Below are positions 1-12,000 of a stretch of DNA of 64,000 nt, in pieces. A model generated the notes under the pieces. The model made no database searches, had not been told where the DNA came from, and saw nothing but the letters and a program-made list of their open reading frames with translations. Position 1 is the stretch's first letter. Each line of letters opens with the position of its first letter. The position numbers and the translations under genes are program-made. Source of the DNA: a virus; IMG/VR virus record IMGVR_UViG_3300034418_012737, positions 1 through 64,000 of that record; one strand, written 5' to 3'.

Positions 1-96
1 TTTTAAAATATACCCCTTACCAGCGCCAGGGGCACCCGCTAATATAATAGCTTTAGGTTTACCTTGTATTTCTTTTAAGATATCATACAATTTCAC
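1..96 (-). CDS. N-terminus of a P-loop NTPase/kinase (zeta-toxin/AAA_33-like), truncated by the window edge
   Basis: Not in the ORF track. GTG at 96 gives (M)KLYDILKEIQGKPKAIILAGAPGAGKGYILK, with Walker A GAPGAGK. ATATTTAT motif upstream at 112-119. Confidence 0.75.
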   Translation of the reverse strand, partial: MKLYDILKEIQGKPKAIILAGAPGAGKGYILK

Positions 97-118
97 AGCG
101 AAGTATTTGTTATAAATA

Positions 119-883
119 TTACAAATCCCTTTTAGCTGATGTCCTAAATTGTGTAAATGCTGGTTTATGGTTTGGGTTTTCTAGATCAAATAAAGTACGG
201 ACCGATTTATATATTTCTAAATTTTCTTCAATAGTTCTTGATGATTCATACATTTCCCATCCTTTACCTTGCATTTTACCTTTTGCGGCTTTTCTTTTAG
301 AAGATTTTAACCATAAAATACCAGTACGATCTACTTTTTTACCAAAACATTCTTCAAAACATTTAGCATACATAGCTGTTTGTAAATCATAAGTAGTTTG
401 TAAGTGATTAGATGTTTTAAAGTCTATAATCCATAATTCACCATTAATTTCACAAACTAAATCACAAGTACCCGCTACTTTTAATTCATCTGAAAATAAG
501 TGGACTTCTGCTTCAATTAATGTTGGTTTATATTCTTCCCACCATTCAACAAATTTCATAAACATTTGCCAAATATTAGGATGGTACATAGGAATACCAT
601 GTTGAAGATAATTTAATTCTTCTCCATTAAGATAAGCCTCAATCATTTCATGTACTTGAGTACCTTCCTCACTTGCTTTTTTAACAATATAATCTGCAGA
701 ATAACCTACTTTTTTAAGCCAATCCTCAAAGAATTTACCTTTAGGGTAATAAGATAAAACGTAAGTTACTGATGGGTAGAACTCACCATTTCGTTGATAA
801 TACCTCCCGTCAGGTAGAGTTATTTGTTTTGCGTCATCAGATATTTCTAATATTCTGTCGTAAGCTTTTTTAATTTTTGTCAT
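119..883 (-). CDS. PD-(D/E)XK exonuclease (lambda-exo/RecB-like phage exonuclease)
   Basis: YPSVTYVL, GTQVHEMIE, E...GTCD...IIDFKTS and LQTAMY motifs; adjacent to primase. Confidence 0.85.
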   Translation of the reverse strand: MTKIKKAYDRILEISDDAKQITLPDGRYYQRNGEFYPSVTYVLSYYPKGKFFEDWLKKVGYSADYIVKKASEEGTQVHEMIEAYLNGEELNYLQHGIPMYHPNIWQMFMKFVEWWEEYKPTLIEAEVHLFSDELKVAGTCDLVCEINGELWIIDFKTSNHLQTTYDLQTAMYAKCFEECFGKKVDRTGILWLKSSKRKAAKGKMQGKGWEMYESSRTIEENLEIYKSVRTLFDLENPNHKPAFTQFRTSAKRDL

Positions 884-1803
884 AAGGCTAATTTTTTAGC
901 CAAAAGCCCAGATAAGGTTAACGGAACAGACTTTTGAATAAGTTCAGTAAAACATTTAAATCCTAACTCACTCGGGTCCTTATCATCCATTTCTAATAAA
1001 TGGACTTCTTTACCTTCATTCATAAATGTTTCACAAAATTTAAGTGCAGACTTAATAGCATCACTATCAAGTGCGATATATATTTTTTCAACTTTAGAAG
1101 AAACAATTTTCTTCATTAAGTTACTTTGTATATTTTTTCCTAAAAGCGGGATAGCATTCCTTTTGATGGCTATGGCGTCAAATGGCCCTTCGCACAATAC
1201 CAACGGGCTACTCCAGTTTATAAACATTTCAAACGGCACAATATCGCGAGATACTGATGGGTTTTTATATTTGCGGAATGGTTCTTTTTCAAAACTACGA
1301 GCTGTAAAGTAGTTAAGATTTCCGTTAACATCATATGAAGGAATAATAATCATATTTTGGTATTCTCCACTTTCACAATAACCAATATTGTATTTTATAA
1401 TATCATCCATAAAAATACCCCTTCGCTTAAGATAAGCTAAAGCATGTTTTCCCATAATATCTGAGGGATGGTCTATAAGGGAAGTAAATTCGGAGGGTAA
1501 TGTAATTGTATTTACTATTTCTACCTCTTCAACAAATTGTCCTTTAGGGACTAATTTGATGGCTTCTTCAATATGCTCATACGATTTAGATCGTTTAAGT
1601 AAAGAAACAATAGTTTTACCTCTGGTGTTACATACCCAACAATGCCAAGGATTGTGTCCCTTTTTATTTTCGGTAAAATTAATTTCTAATTTAGGTTTGT
1701 GGTGCTGGCAAAAAGGGCAATGGTAAGCATAATTACCCCTTGCTGTTTGTTTACCTTTTCCTAAAACTCTGTCAACTAGAGTAACTAGTAAATGATTTAC
1801 CAT
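880..1803 (-). CDS. DNA primase (Zn-finger plus TOPRIM)
   Basis: CPFC...HCWVC zinc finger, YLKRRG, KYKNP, TOPRIM EGPFDA and ALDSD, KDPSE. Confidence 0.92.
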   Translation of the reverse strand: MVNHLLVTLVDRVLGKGKQTARGNYAYHCPFCQHHKPKLEINFTENKKGHNPWHCWVCNTRGKTIVSLLKRSKSYEHIEEAIKLVPKGQFVEEVEIVNTITLPSEFTSLIDHPSDIMGKHALAYLKRRGIFMDDIIKYNIGYCESGEYQNMIIIPSYDVNGNLNYFTARSFEKEPFRKYKNPSVSRDIVPFEMFINWSSPLVLCEGPFDAIAIKRNAIPLLGKNIQSNLMKKIVSSKVEKIYIALDSDAIKSALKFCETFMNEGKEVHLLEMDDKDPSELGFKCFTELIQKSVPLTLSGLLAKKLAL

Positions 1804-1827
1804 AGTATGGAATGTACGGTAAGTAAT

Positions 1828-2277
1828 TTAAATATCAAAGTCTGAGGTAAAGAATTTACCAAGTATATTATCGTTATAATATTTTTCGGGTTGTTCTAAT
1901 ACTTCAAGCTGGAATAACCATTTGGTTTCGAGGTATGTAAGGTGTTTTTTATTGAAAGCGAGCTCAAGAATTTGTTTTTGCAAATCTTTCAGCGTAACTT
2001 CTCCTTCTATAATACGTTTTTTAAGATGGGTGTTGGATCCATAATATGTTTTCCAATCACTTTCTTTAGTTATTATTTTATGGATTGATTTACGTCCCCT
2101 TCCAACTTGCTCGGCTAATTCTGCTCGGGTTTTCTTACGTTTTTGATTGTGATATAGGACTTTTTTTCCTATATATTTTTTCCCTTCGGGGGTAATCACT
2201 TCATAAACAAAACCAAAGGTATTGGGAGGAAATTGAGTAATATTTTCAATCTCCTCCCCCTTATATTTCCAATTCAT
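1828..2277 (-). CDS. GIY-YIG family endonuclease (Seg-like)
   Basis: GFVY...YIGKK, WKTYYGS, E...YYN motifs. Confidence 0.75.
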   Translation of the reverse strand: MNWKYKGEEIENITQFPPNTFGFVYEVITPEGKKYIGKKVLYHNQKRKKTRAELAEQVGRGRKSIHKIITKESDWKTYYGSNTHLKKRIIEGEVTLKDLQKQILELAFNKKHLTYLETKWLFQLEVLEQPEKYYNDNILGKFFTSDFDI

Positions 2278-2281
2278 TTAA

Positions 2282-4792
2282 TTATGCTGGGTTTTGGGCA
2301 TCCATTCTAGTAGCAGTCAATGTTGATAATCCTTGAATTCCATTTGAAGAACTATAGAACATAAATTTAGTTACATACTCATGGCCTTGTCCTATTGTAA
2401 TGGCACTTCCTGCTAAATCTTTTATAGAGGCTGAGTATTGGTTACCCATATCATTTGTACGATAAATTTCCATATCGTTTTGGGATGCTCCTACCATTTC
2501 TATTTCTATGATCACAGAATCACCAGAAGTTACTGAGGCTGTTGGAGGGGCAATAACAAATTCTGAAACTGTATCTGAATAATTTCTTACAAGCCATTTA
2601 TTGTATCCTGCAGAAGCAGTTGCGTGATAGTAAGGAACATCAATTTGTACTGTTCCATTAGTAGCACCCTCAGAATAAGTACCAGAACCTCCTACTGCAG
2701 TATTATCATATCCAATAGTCATACCATATGGTTGGAATATTACACTAGTTACTTTAAAGCTACGATTTGTAGTACTTTGCTGGATAGAAAGGTTAGTACC
2801 AGTGTGGTTTAATAATTGTCTAGTAAAGGCATAACCATACGAACCTGTGTTTATATTAAAGGTACTTGTAGTAGTAACATCAGCATTTCCAAAAGCTATT
2901 ACATTATCTGTAGCCGCTGGAGTACCCCCTGAAATACTTACTGCCATTGAAGATATAGTTTCATCTATACTAAAGTTAATAGTTCTTTCTTCAGCTGGGA
3001 TTGAATAACCTTCATCACCATTTCCTGTTGATGGGGGAGTAACTTCGATTACTTTACCTTCGGAATCTATTGATAAAGCATAAGCTTCAGTACCTGTATA
3101 ATTTCCGGCCCCATATTGATTAAACATAATAGCTCTAGAAGAAGAAACTAATAAACCAGTTTTTGGAGTACCATTGTCGGGAGATTGAAGAGTTTTAAAC
3201 TCAATACTAGCTTGACCTGTGTAAGGTGGGGAAAGAGTACTATCTGCTGTTATTTTTATCTCAGCGACATTAACACCTCCTGTTAAATCATCACTAGCTT
3301 GTATATCTATAGAAGCTATCTCACTTCCAGAAACTATAGAGGTTTCTAGTGTATCTAAAATTAATGCAGGTTGTCCTGATGCAGCTTGGATTGTTACTAC
3401 ATTATTAGTTTCGTCATAAGTAAATCCGGAATCCCCACCAAAAGCACCATTATCATTATATTGCACTTCAGTATTATTTCCTCCTGGGGTGCCTCCTCCA
3501 GGGCTAGTACCTGATGTACCTGATGCACCTGATGTACCAGAAGTACCTGTAGCACCCGTAGCACCATCAGCACCACTTGTACCAGAAGTACCTGTAGCAC
3601 CCGCAGCACCATCTACACCACTTGTACCTGAAGTACCTGTCAAGCCTGACGTACCAGAAGTACCTGCTACTTCAAGAGTAGTGGTACCTGATGTACCTGA
3701 TGTACCAGAAGTACCTGTAGCACCCACAGCACCATCAATACCACTTGTACCTGAAGTACCTACACTACTTATACCTGAAGTACCTGAGGTGCCTGATCCT
3801 CCTCCCCCTCCAATATTTGAATTGGCTACATAACATACATTATTAGTTCCTGTAGAAGGGGAAGTAGGAGCTGAACCATTTCCTGATTGGTAAGTTACAT
3901 CAAAACTATAAACATTTCCTGCTGTAGAACCCGAATTAATTAAATAGGTGCCATCATTTCCATTATCCCAAGTTACTGTAAGAGTGCCTCCTGCAGATTG
4001 TAGTGCCCCTAATACATTAGATTGGTCTGTACTATCATCGTCAGTATTAAAAAATTTCCAAGTGGTAATGCTTGCAATAGCAAACACATTATAATTAGCT
4101 TGTCCTGTACTAGGATCACCAGTATCAGAAATTAATTCATAACTCATACATCCTGCTGATCCTGATACTGATGTACCTGATATACCTGATGTACCAGAAG
4201 TACCTGTAGCACCTGCAGCACCATCTACACCACTTGTACCTGAAGTACCTGCGGCACCTGGTGAATTTATTCCCGATGTACCTGAAGTACCTGCGGGGCC
4301 TGTACCACCATCAACACCACTAGTACCGGCAGGGCCCGTAGAGCCATTAATACCACTAGTACCTGAAGTTGCAGATCCTGTATCTATAGTTATTGCAAAA
4401 GTGTTTCCATCCCCTTCAGTAAAAGTAATTATATTACCTGATACTGAAGCTGTTTCTATAAGAGAACCTGTGTCTATTTGTATACTACCTGTTTGGCTAA
4501 TTAATAAGAAAGTATCTCCCGCAGATACACTTTGACCTTTTTTGACTTCTCCTGTCGTTGAATCTAAAACTAAAGTTGAATATCCACTATCAACATCAGG
4601 GGTACCATATAAAGTAGTAGACCCACTTAATAAGGTAGATCCTGTTACCATAAAACTACCACTTAGAGTTATGTTGTATTCATATTCTCCAGTAAAAGCA
4701 TCTACGGATTGAGAAACATGCCAAGCGTTTATAACAAAAGTTTGATTTACTTGGTCATTTCCTGTAAAGATTTTTTTTAATGTGTTTGCCAT
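2282..4792 (-). CDS. Tail fibre/virion appendage protein with collagen-like (G-T-S)n repeats
   Basis: Two blocks of GTSGTSG G-X-Y triplets, a [12 protein letters not shown] fibre motif and a Ser/Thr/Gly-rich beta-type C-terminus; located at the end of the baseplate operon. Confidence 0.75.
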   Translation of the reverse strand: MANTLKKIFTGNDQVNQTFVINAWHVSQSVDAFTGEYEYNITLSGSFMVTGSTLLSGSTTLYGTPDVDSGYSTLVLDSTTGEVKKGQSVSAGDTFLLISQTGSIQIDTGSLIETASVSGNIITFTEGDGNTFAITIDTGSATSGTSGINGSTGPAGTSGVDGGTGPAGTSGTSGINSPGAAGTSGTSGVDGAAGATGTSGTSGISGTSVSGSAGCMSYELISDTGDPSTGQANYNVFAIASITTWKFFNTDDDSTDQSNVLGALQSAGGTLTVTWDNGNDGTYLINSGSTAGNVYSFDVTYQSGNGSAPTSPSTGTNNVCYVANSNIGGGGGSGTSGTSGISSVGTSGTSGIDGAVGATGTSGTSGTSGTTTLEVAGTSGTSGLTGTSGTSGVDGAAGATGTSGTSGADGATGATGTSGTSGASGTSGTSPGGGTPGGNNTEVQYNDNGAFGGDSGFTYDETNNVVTIQAASGQPALILDTLETSIVSGSEIASIDIQASDDLTGGVNVAEIKITADSTLSPPYTGQASIEFKTLQSPDNGTPKTGLLVSSSRAIMFNQYGAGNYTGTEAYALSIDSEGKVIEVTPPSTGNGDEGYSIPAEERTINFSIDETISSMAVSISGGTPAATDNVIAFGNADVTTTSTFNINTGSYGYAFTRQLLNHTGTNLSIQQSTTNRSFKVTSVIFQPYGMTIGYDNTAVGGSGTYSEGATNGTVQIDVPYYHATASAGYNKWLVRNYSDTVSEFVIAPPTASVTSGDSVIIEIEMVGASQNDMEIYRTNDMGNQYSASIKDLAGSAITIGQGHEYVTKFMFYSSSNGIQGLSTLTATRMDAQNPA
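3500..4380. repeat. Degenerate 9-bp coding repeats (GTACCTGAT/GTACCAGAA-type) encoding GTS triplets
   Basis: Repeated gtacctga(a/t) units at about 3507-3795 and 4165-4370. Confidence 0.85.
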
Positions 4793-4793
4793 T

Positions 4794-5906
4794 TTATCTA
4801 TCTAAATTTATTACTATGGTAGTATCTGTCGTTTTTGAGGTGGGTAAAGGTTGAGATAATTTTCCTATTGCTAATAATTCTTGATCTTCATTATACAAAC
4901 CTACAGTAGTAACATAAGGTGTAAAATCCGAACCGGTTACGTAATATACATATGTTGATTCTCCGGAACATAAAAGTTTATTCTGCCCCTTTATAGAATC
5001 TTCTAATAAAGAAGGATTTAATGAATAATTAAATTCATTAGCATTTATGGTACATTTGTATTGAGTTTCAATTATATCAAAAGAAGATGAAAAGGAACAA
5101 GTAATATTATTAGTAGCTACAAAATTATGTAACCAAGGAGCATAGTTTACAAAACCTACTTCAGTATCTCCATAAGTACTAAGTCCATATACATCTTGTC
5201 CATACCCATTTATTTCCAATCCAATTAGGATAGCTAAACCTTGATTATAAATAATATTACCACAGTAAGAACCATTTAATAAAAGATTACCTTCCCCATC
5301 ATCAGTTATGTTATAATAGGAATGGTTAGAACTAGTTTCTAATAAGGAAGTTCCGGGGATAGGTTTAAATTTTAAATGGAAAGTAGTAGGTTGTATATAA
5401 TTACCATATAATTTAGAAGGTATAGATAATACCCCTAAAGTAGGATGATCACCTTGAGGAAAAACTCTACTTTCAGTTAAATTGGTTTGGGGATAATTGT
5501 AAAATCGACCTTGAGAAGATGCAGGACCTGCTAAGACATTCCCTTCTATATTTGCCCCAGGTAAAAGACTTGCCGTAGTTAAAGAGTCACCCCAAGATGA
5601 TGTAGTAAAATTAGAATAATATAATTGTTTAATAGTATTAAATACTAATTTTTGGTAATATTTTTTAAAATATCCTGTAGTAGGTTCAGTAGTTAAATCA
5701 AAGTAAGAAGATGTAGGAGTGTCGTATGCTAAAAACCTATCTATAAATACATCATTAATACTTTCATTTGCATCTTCACCATAGAGGTTAGTCCCATAAT
5801 AGGCGCTGCCATAAGCAATTTCTTCGCCTGTAAAAGAAAAGTACTTGTTTACTTCAAAAGAGCTAACTACTACGTCAGAGGTTAAAATAGGTTTGTAAAC
5901 ACTCAT
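4794..5906 (-). CDS. Virion structural protein (baseplate region), paralog of 5910..6992
   Basis: Shares the C-terminal FNYSxNPS...TTxGLYN..xELLAxxKLSxPL motif with the neighbouring ORF. Confidence 0.65.
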   Translation of the reverse strand: MSVYKPILTSDVVVSSFEVNKYFSFTGEEIAYGSAYYGTNLYGEDANESINDVFIDRFLAYDTPTSSYFDLTTEPTTGYFKKYYQKLVFNTIKQLYYSNFTTSSWGDSLTTASLLPGANIEGNVLAGPASSQGRFYNYPQTNLTESRVFPQGDHPTLGVLSIPSKLYGNYIQPTTFHLKFKPIPGTSLLETSSNHSYYNITDDGEGNLLLNGSYCGNIIYNQGLAILIGLEINGYGQDVYGLSTYGDTEVGFVNYAPWLHNFVATNNITCSFSSSFDIIETQYKCTINANEFNYSLNPSLLEDSIKGQNKLLCSGESTYVYYVTGSDFTPYVTTVGLYNEDQELLAIGKLSQPLPTSKTTDTTIVINLDR

Positions 5907-5909
5907 TCA

Positions 5910-6992
5910 TTAGAAATCTAGTTTAACTCTAACAAGAGCTTCTTTTGTAAAATCTTTAGTAAGGGGTTTGCTCAATTTAGCAACAGCTAATAATTCATTG
6001 GCATCATTATATAAACCTATTGTAGTAATAAAGGTTTGGGGTTGATTAATAAAATCAGTATAAATTACATCCCCTGTAGAACCACTAATAAATGATGGGT
6101 TTGCCGAATAATTAAACTCACTATTTTTAGCTCTTATAAAAATATAATCTGAAGTTATGTTTTCTTGGCTGTTTAATGTAAAATTACTTCCGCGGTCTAT
6201 AGCTCCAAATAATTTACTTTGATTATTTGCTTCTGTATTAGAAGTATAAGAAGTATTTAAAGATATACCACCATTACTTTCAGCTAAATCTAAAGCTGAG
6301 GGGTTTAATATTAAAGTACCAATATCGGGTAAAAACAAACCATAAGAACCCGAAGGTGTCATCCCGTTAGCTATAGCATTAGAAGGGGTAGAATCTGCAC
6401 TAATAGCATTTCCATTAGAACCTGATACTATTTGGAATACTCTACCTGCTTCATTATATGTAATTGTATTTATATCTCTGCTATTATCAGTTAATTCTAG
6501 TCTCTCCCCCCCAGAACCTACTAATACAAGTGATAAAGTCCCTGGAAATAAACTTCCTTTGAATTTAGATCTTTCAATGCTTATACTATATATACTTTGA
6601 GTTGTTAGTGTAACCCCTCCTATAGTATTACCACAAGATCCAGATCCTCCAGTTGTACCAAATGTAAAATTACTATTTTCATCTCCTAAAACTATATTTT
6701 GAAATTGTCCAAATATTGTAGATGTAGGAGATTTACCATCTACTCCAGAGTCATACAATATTGAACCTGATCCGTTACTATCTCCAAAAGCTATTTCAAA
6801 TTGGGTTTCCGATTGGGTATTACTAGGATCTAGTTGAAAAACACTTAAGTAATATTTCCCACTAGTTCCTGCAACTTGGATAGAAGAAGTGACAAAATTA
6901 TCTAAAGTAGGAAGATTTCCAGTCCATGCCCCAGCAGTAACACTGTCCGCACTTATCAAAAAATCATCTGATTCTAATCTTTTAAATGACAT
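5910..6992 (-). CDS. Virion structural protein (baseplate region), paralog of 4794..5906
   Basis: FNYSANPS...ITTIGLYNDANELLAVAKLSKPL; SGS/TGS-rich. Confidence 0.65.
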   Translation of the reverse strand: MSFKRLESDDFLISADSVTAGAWTGNLPTLDNFVTSSIQVAGTSGKYYLSVFQLDPSNTQSETQFEIAFGDSNGSGSILYDSGVDGKSPTSTIFGQFQNIVLGDENSNFTFGTTGGSGSCGNTIGGVTLTTQSIYSISIERSKFKGSLFPGTLSLVLVGSGGERLELTDNSRDINTITYNEAGRVFQIVSGSNGNAISADSTPSNAIANGMTPSGSYGLFLPDIGTLILNPSALDLAESNGGISLNTSYTSNTEANNQSKLFGAIDRGSNFTLNSQENITSDYIFIRAKNSEFNYSANPSFISGSTGDVIYTDFINQPQTFITTIGLYNDANELLAVAKLSKPLTKDFTKEALVRVKLDF

Positions 6993-7001
6993 TAGTTATA
7001 A

Positions 7002-7655
7002 TTAAGTTTGTGTAATAGTTACAGGGATAGTTACACGAGCACCACTATCTCTTCCTACTATTTGTAATGTAGTATTTAACTGGGTTGTATTATTAAATAA
7101 AGTATTAACAGTAGTAGCAGTTAAATTAATTGTAGATCCTACTACAGTTTTAGATACATTAGTACCTATAGTTTGAGATTGATTTAATTGTGTAGCTTCG
7201 GGTATTTGTATACCAATACCCTCAAATGAACTTAACACCCTTACATCAGCTATGGTTGCTGTGTATCCATTAGATTCAAATACTTGGTTGTTTCCAAGAT
7301 AATTAAGGGTTTGGGGAGTTATAGCTAAAGATGCCCCTTGTTTAATCCTAATATTAGAATATCCTATATCTAGAACAGGCATTTTAGCTGTTCCTCTAGG
7401 AAGAGTAACTAATTTATATCTTAAGTTTTGTGTAGCTTCAGGAAAAGCCTCTAATAGAGGCATATTTTCAATAGCTTGTCCATAAAAAGTACTTCCAGAA
7501 GGATGGGAAGGATTATATAAAGTATAATCAACTTCATCATCAGATAAAGCAAACTGTGTTATTCTAAAAGAACTATCACCCCTTGCTAAAAGTTCTCGGC
7601 CTTTATTTGTTAATATGGCATCTATTGTTACTACGGCGTTATTTAAAAATCCCAT
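7002..7655 (-). CDS. Virion structural protein (baseplate/tail-collar-like N-terminus)
   Basis: LTNKGRELLA...ITQFALSD resembles tail-collar/baseplate N-termini; ATATTTAT motif upstream. Confidence 0.6.
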   Translation of the reverse strand: MGFLNNAVVTIDAILTNKGRELLARGDSSFRITQFALSDDEVDYTLYNPSHPSGSTFYGQAIENMPLLEAFPEATQNLRYKLVTLPRGTAKMPVLDIGYSNIRIKQGASLAITPQTLNYLGNNQVFESNGYTATIADVRVLSSFEGIGIQIPEATQLNQSQTIGTNVSKTVVGSTINLTATTVNTLFNNTTQLNTTLQIVGRDSGARVTIPVTITQT

Positions 7656-7698
7656 TTTGTAATGTATATATTATAAATATTGTTACTTTTATTTTTTA

Positions 7699-9066
7699 TT
7701 ATTCTTTTATTATTCCTTTTTCTTTTAATTGAGAAATAATTTTATTAAAATTATCTTTTAATGTTTGAGAAGGATATTTAGGTAAAATAAATCCTCTAAA
7801 ATTTTGAGTATCGTTTTGGGGAAGCTTTTTTACATCTAAGATAATGTAAGCTGGGTCTTGTTGTTGGATTCTATGGAATACAAAATTATTTAACTCAGTC
7901 CCTTCAGGAATAGTAGTGTTTAATCTAAATTTTAATTTATTATCACTATCCTCATCAGGAGAAGTTACTTCATATATAGTATAGTCTTTATTTTTGTTAT
8001 ATTCAAATCTAATTCTATCTCCTTTTTGTAAAGTAAAAGGTTCAGTTACAGGAGAAAAACCAAATGCTGAAGCTAAAGGTAACTCAGCTTGGATTTTTCC
8101 ATAGTTGTTTGATAAAAATTGTGAGCCTGTAATCCATGTATTAGAACTTGTTTCTAGTAAAGGTAAAGTGTTTGTAGAACCAGAGACACTACTAGGAGTT
8201 TGACTTTTAATACCAAACAACATACTATTATATTTTATGTCATTATCAAAAGTAGCATAAAGTGCAAATTCGGGATTCCCTGCTAATTGAGAACTATTTA
8301 AATTTAGATAAAAATTAGTAGTAGTTGGCCCACTCTCTCTAATTTTGTATTCAACATTTCCTAAATAATAAGAATCATTAGAATTATTATCTTTTAAATA
8401 ATAATCAATAAACTTATTAGCTTGACCTTGATTTATAGCAGAAAAAGTTATTCTGAATGATACTTCGCTTATGTTGATTAAGCCTGTTGTTATAATGCTA
8501 TAAGTGCCATTAGTAGCATTTAAAGTAGCTACGGAAGGATCAGGATTAATATCAATAGTAAAATTACCAATTTGATTTACCCCACTCCCAGTTAAATAAA
8601 AAGGACCTGTTCTTTTTAAATCCCCCAAAATACTTGGAGTAGAAGGGTAAATTCCTGGTAGAGTTGTTTCTTGGAATGTAATCCCTAGATCATACTGAGA
8701 TTGTGAATATCCAGTTTGGGTATATAAAAGGGGTTGTTGTTTTCCTATCCCGGTTACAGTTAACTCTCCCCCTAATTGTTCATTAAGTATTGTACCATTA
8801 TCAATTCTAACTACAACAGACTCTTGAATAGGAAAATTTTGTATTAAATTATAAAAAGAATCAGTATTTAAAGTAGGTTTAGCAACATTACCATTTTCGT
8901 CTACCAAGTATGTTATGAAATAAGCAGTATTATCTATAATCTCAGGAGAAGTATCTCCTGCTTCTTCAAAAACTAAAAAATAACTTTGATTTCTTTCAGC
9001 AGTGGCTAAACCATTTAATACTCCTTGTGTGGGTCCCCCTGTTATTTTATCATTTACAACACTCAT
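7699..9066 (-). CDS. Putative virion structural protein
   Basis: 455-aa beta-rich ORF inside the baseplate operon. Confidence 0.5.
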   Translation of the reverse strand: MSVVNDKITGGPTQGVLNGLATAERNQSYFLVFEEAGDTSPEIIDNTAYFITYLVDENGNVAKPTLNTDSFYNLIQNFPIQESVVVRIDNGTILNEQLGGELTVTGIGKQQPLLYTQTGYSQSQYDLGITFQETTLPGIYPSTPSILGDLKRTGPFYLTGSGVNQIGNFTIDINPDPSVATLNATNGTYSIITTGLINISEVSFRITFSAINQGQANKFIDYYLKDNNSNDSYYLGNVEYKIRESGPTTTNFYLNLNSSQLAGNPEFALYATFDNDIKYNSMLFGIKSQTPSSVSGSTNTLPLLETSSNTWITGSQFLSNNYGKIQAELPLASAFGFSPVTEPFTLQKGDRIRFEYNKNKDYTIYEVTSPDEDSDNKLKFRLNTTIPEGTELNNFVFHRIQQQDPAYIILDVKKLPQNDTQNFRGFILPKYPSQTLKDNFNKIISQLKEKGIIKE

Positions 9067-9069
9067 TGA

Positions 9070-12000
9070 TTATCCATTTTCTATATTAATATTAAAATCA
9101 GGAGAACTTACTCTAACCCCTTCATATCTTGCATTTTTTAATGTAGTATTATAATTATAATCTTGAACAGGAGCACGCTTTGCTGTGTTACTTACTATAG
9201 GATAAAAATTTATAGGAGTAATAGCTTTTAATGAGTAATCAATTTCCATAAATTTTTCTGATAGTCTAGTGTTAGAAGTATTGTTTAATAAAGGTGCAGA
9301 GCACATTATTTTTTGAATGTTATTAGTATTAATAACTAAATTCATAGTAATATCTAAAGAACTAAGGGTATTATATTGTCCATTATCATTTACAAATATA
9401 GGTGCTCCTTCCATAACTTTTTTAGGGTTATTTACTTCTATAAAGTAATAATCTAGTCCTGTTCCATTATCATAATTTTTACTAATTCCTGCTATTTCAA
9501 AATCAAAATTCTGCAACTCAGGTTGGGTAGGGTAATTACCATTAGTAGTTTCTAGTTCTATAGAAAGAATATCCCCAGATCTATATAAATCTAGGCTTGA
9601 AGTTAAGTTAAGTCCTAAAGGAGTAGTAGATCCAATTTGTATATGGGTAATTCCTTCATTATTATTAGGTTTATAAAATATTAATTTATCTTTAGTAGTT
9701 CTCCCATTATTTGCAGGAGGATTAAACTCTAAAGATGAAGTTAAAATATACACTCCAGTATCTCCAGATTTAGAAAATTCAAAAATACTACTTGTAGGAT
9801 TAGTAATTTTTGTTAAGGGACAATTTAAACTACCTGTTGTAACTATAATATTACTTCCACATAATTCTCCATTATAAAATTCATCTTGGGTAGAAGTAGT
9901 ATATCCTAAAGATCCACTAGGGGTTATAATATTTTTGGTACATAATTGTTTATATCCATTATATTCAATAAGATTACTAATACCATAAACGTCAGTTACT
10001 CCATAAACAGCACTTCCATAAAAACTACCTGTAAAAATTGGGGGAAGAACGTTATATACATTAAATACTCCCCCTGCACCACCACTAATAAACCCTGAAG
10101 TTATAGAAGCTGAGTATTCATGGTTACTATAATTAACTTGTGGGGGTCTATATTTGTTTCTTTCTAATAAATGTTGTTTAATAACTAAACCTGTAGAAAC
10201 AGAAGATCTAGCAGGTGTAAAATCTTTAATTAATTTAAATAAAGAATTATCAAAATACTTAAGAAGTCTAACATAATCTGTCCAATTATAATTAGTATAA
10301 TATTTTAAAAAGTAAGTATTTCTTAATTGATCTAAATTTGGATAAGAAGTAGCAGAAGATGAAATTTGACGGGGATCCCCTATATAATCCCCTATATTAA
10401 AATGTCCAAATGAAGAATTTATATCATCATTAATTTCATTTTGAGGAGAAAACGCTATTTCACTATAATTTATATCTTTAGTATAATTATTAGATCTAGG
10501 AGTGTTATATTGTTGTTGTATGGTTCTATAAGGAGATAATACATCCCCTTCTACCAGAGAATGTGATACTATTCTTATTTTTTCAGATATTCTATTTCTT
10601 ATTCCTATAGCTGGTTGGTCATAATAATAGAAATCTGTTTCCCCTTCAAATCTTAACCCGGGATGAACTTGATATACGCTGTTACCTACTTCTTGAGTTA
10701 TATTACCATACTCATCTACAGGATTACCATACGTAGCTCCCCCATATATACTGCCTGTAAATGGGATAGTAATAAATGAAGAGGTAGCATAACCATCTTT
10801 AAAATAAAAAGAATAAGGATCATTAGCATATTCATAAGATCCTGTTACCTTGGGGTGAACTGAAATAAATCCTAAGGGGCTGTCGCTGAAAGTTTCACGA
10901 AGTACATAACCACTTTCATTTTCTAATCCAATTAAAAAAGCGTTTTCTTGTAAAATATAATAACTATCATCTACACTTTCTAGTAAATCTAAAGAAGCTC
11001 TAAATATTAAACTTTCCTCAGAAGAAGTAGGGTAGGTACCTTCTATAGAACGAGGATTCATTACATAATCATCAAATGTACTTTGACTTATATAATCATT
11101 ATAATACCTTAATTCTTGCCAAGAACCTGTTAAAGGGTAATACGTAAGACTATTAATAATATCACCCGATGATGAGTTAAAAGGTAAATAAAATTTAGAA
11201 CCTGAGAACCAGGCTTCTTCACTAGCATCATCACCATATATTGAAGTGCCATAATAAGATTCACCATATGCTTGGATCATATAAAATAAATCCCCAGTAT
11301 CTGAACCTGTGGGTCCTATTTTGAATCCATCATTACCATTATAAATTTTACATCCAGTTCTTAATGTATATAATTCAGCATTACCAAAAATATCAGTTCT
11401 ACTTAACATAACAGACCACCATTCTCCATTGTAAAAAGGAGCATTTACTTGAACTAAAGCACTACTAGTAGGATTGTTATAATAGCTTAAAGTAGCATAA
11501 TCATTAGAAGCAGAAGGAATTGACCCAGAATATGAGCCACTACTATAACCAGAACCTGTATATTCTAAAGTTAAGAAAGAAGTTGCTGTAGAACCTGATA
11601 TGGTAGCTACTATTGCTCTTTCACTTCCACTAGGTACAATATTACTTGGTTTAAATCTAAAAGCGATTGTCTCAGGAACATCATTTAGTGAATTCCATAA
11701 AGGGTTTACTTTCCAATCAGCTTCAACATATGCATCTTCGGATCCTGTGTTGGTAACATAGTATGAAAAAACATTTTGATGGTAGTCCCAATCATTATGG
11801 GGAATTTTATCTTTTCCCCCAAACTCGGATATTCTTAATATAGTATCGGGGATACCATAACATGCAATTAAAGCTCTAAGTCCTTCTACTGTACCTTTTT
11901 TCTTTAAAAGATAAGGAAGATTGTGGTATAATCTTTTATATACTTCCTTATTAAGATTACTTAAGGGAATAGCCTCATTAGATGAAGTAATATAAGTACT

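Noticed and set aside
119-883. Cas4 call for the exonuclease
   Set aside because: It lacks the four-Cys Fe-S arrangement of Cas4, and its position beside primase fits a replication/recombination exonuclease.
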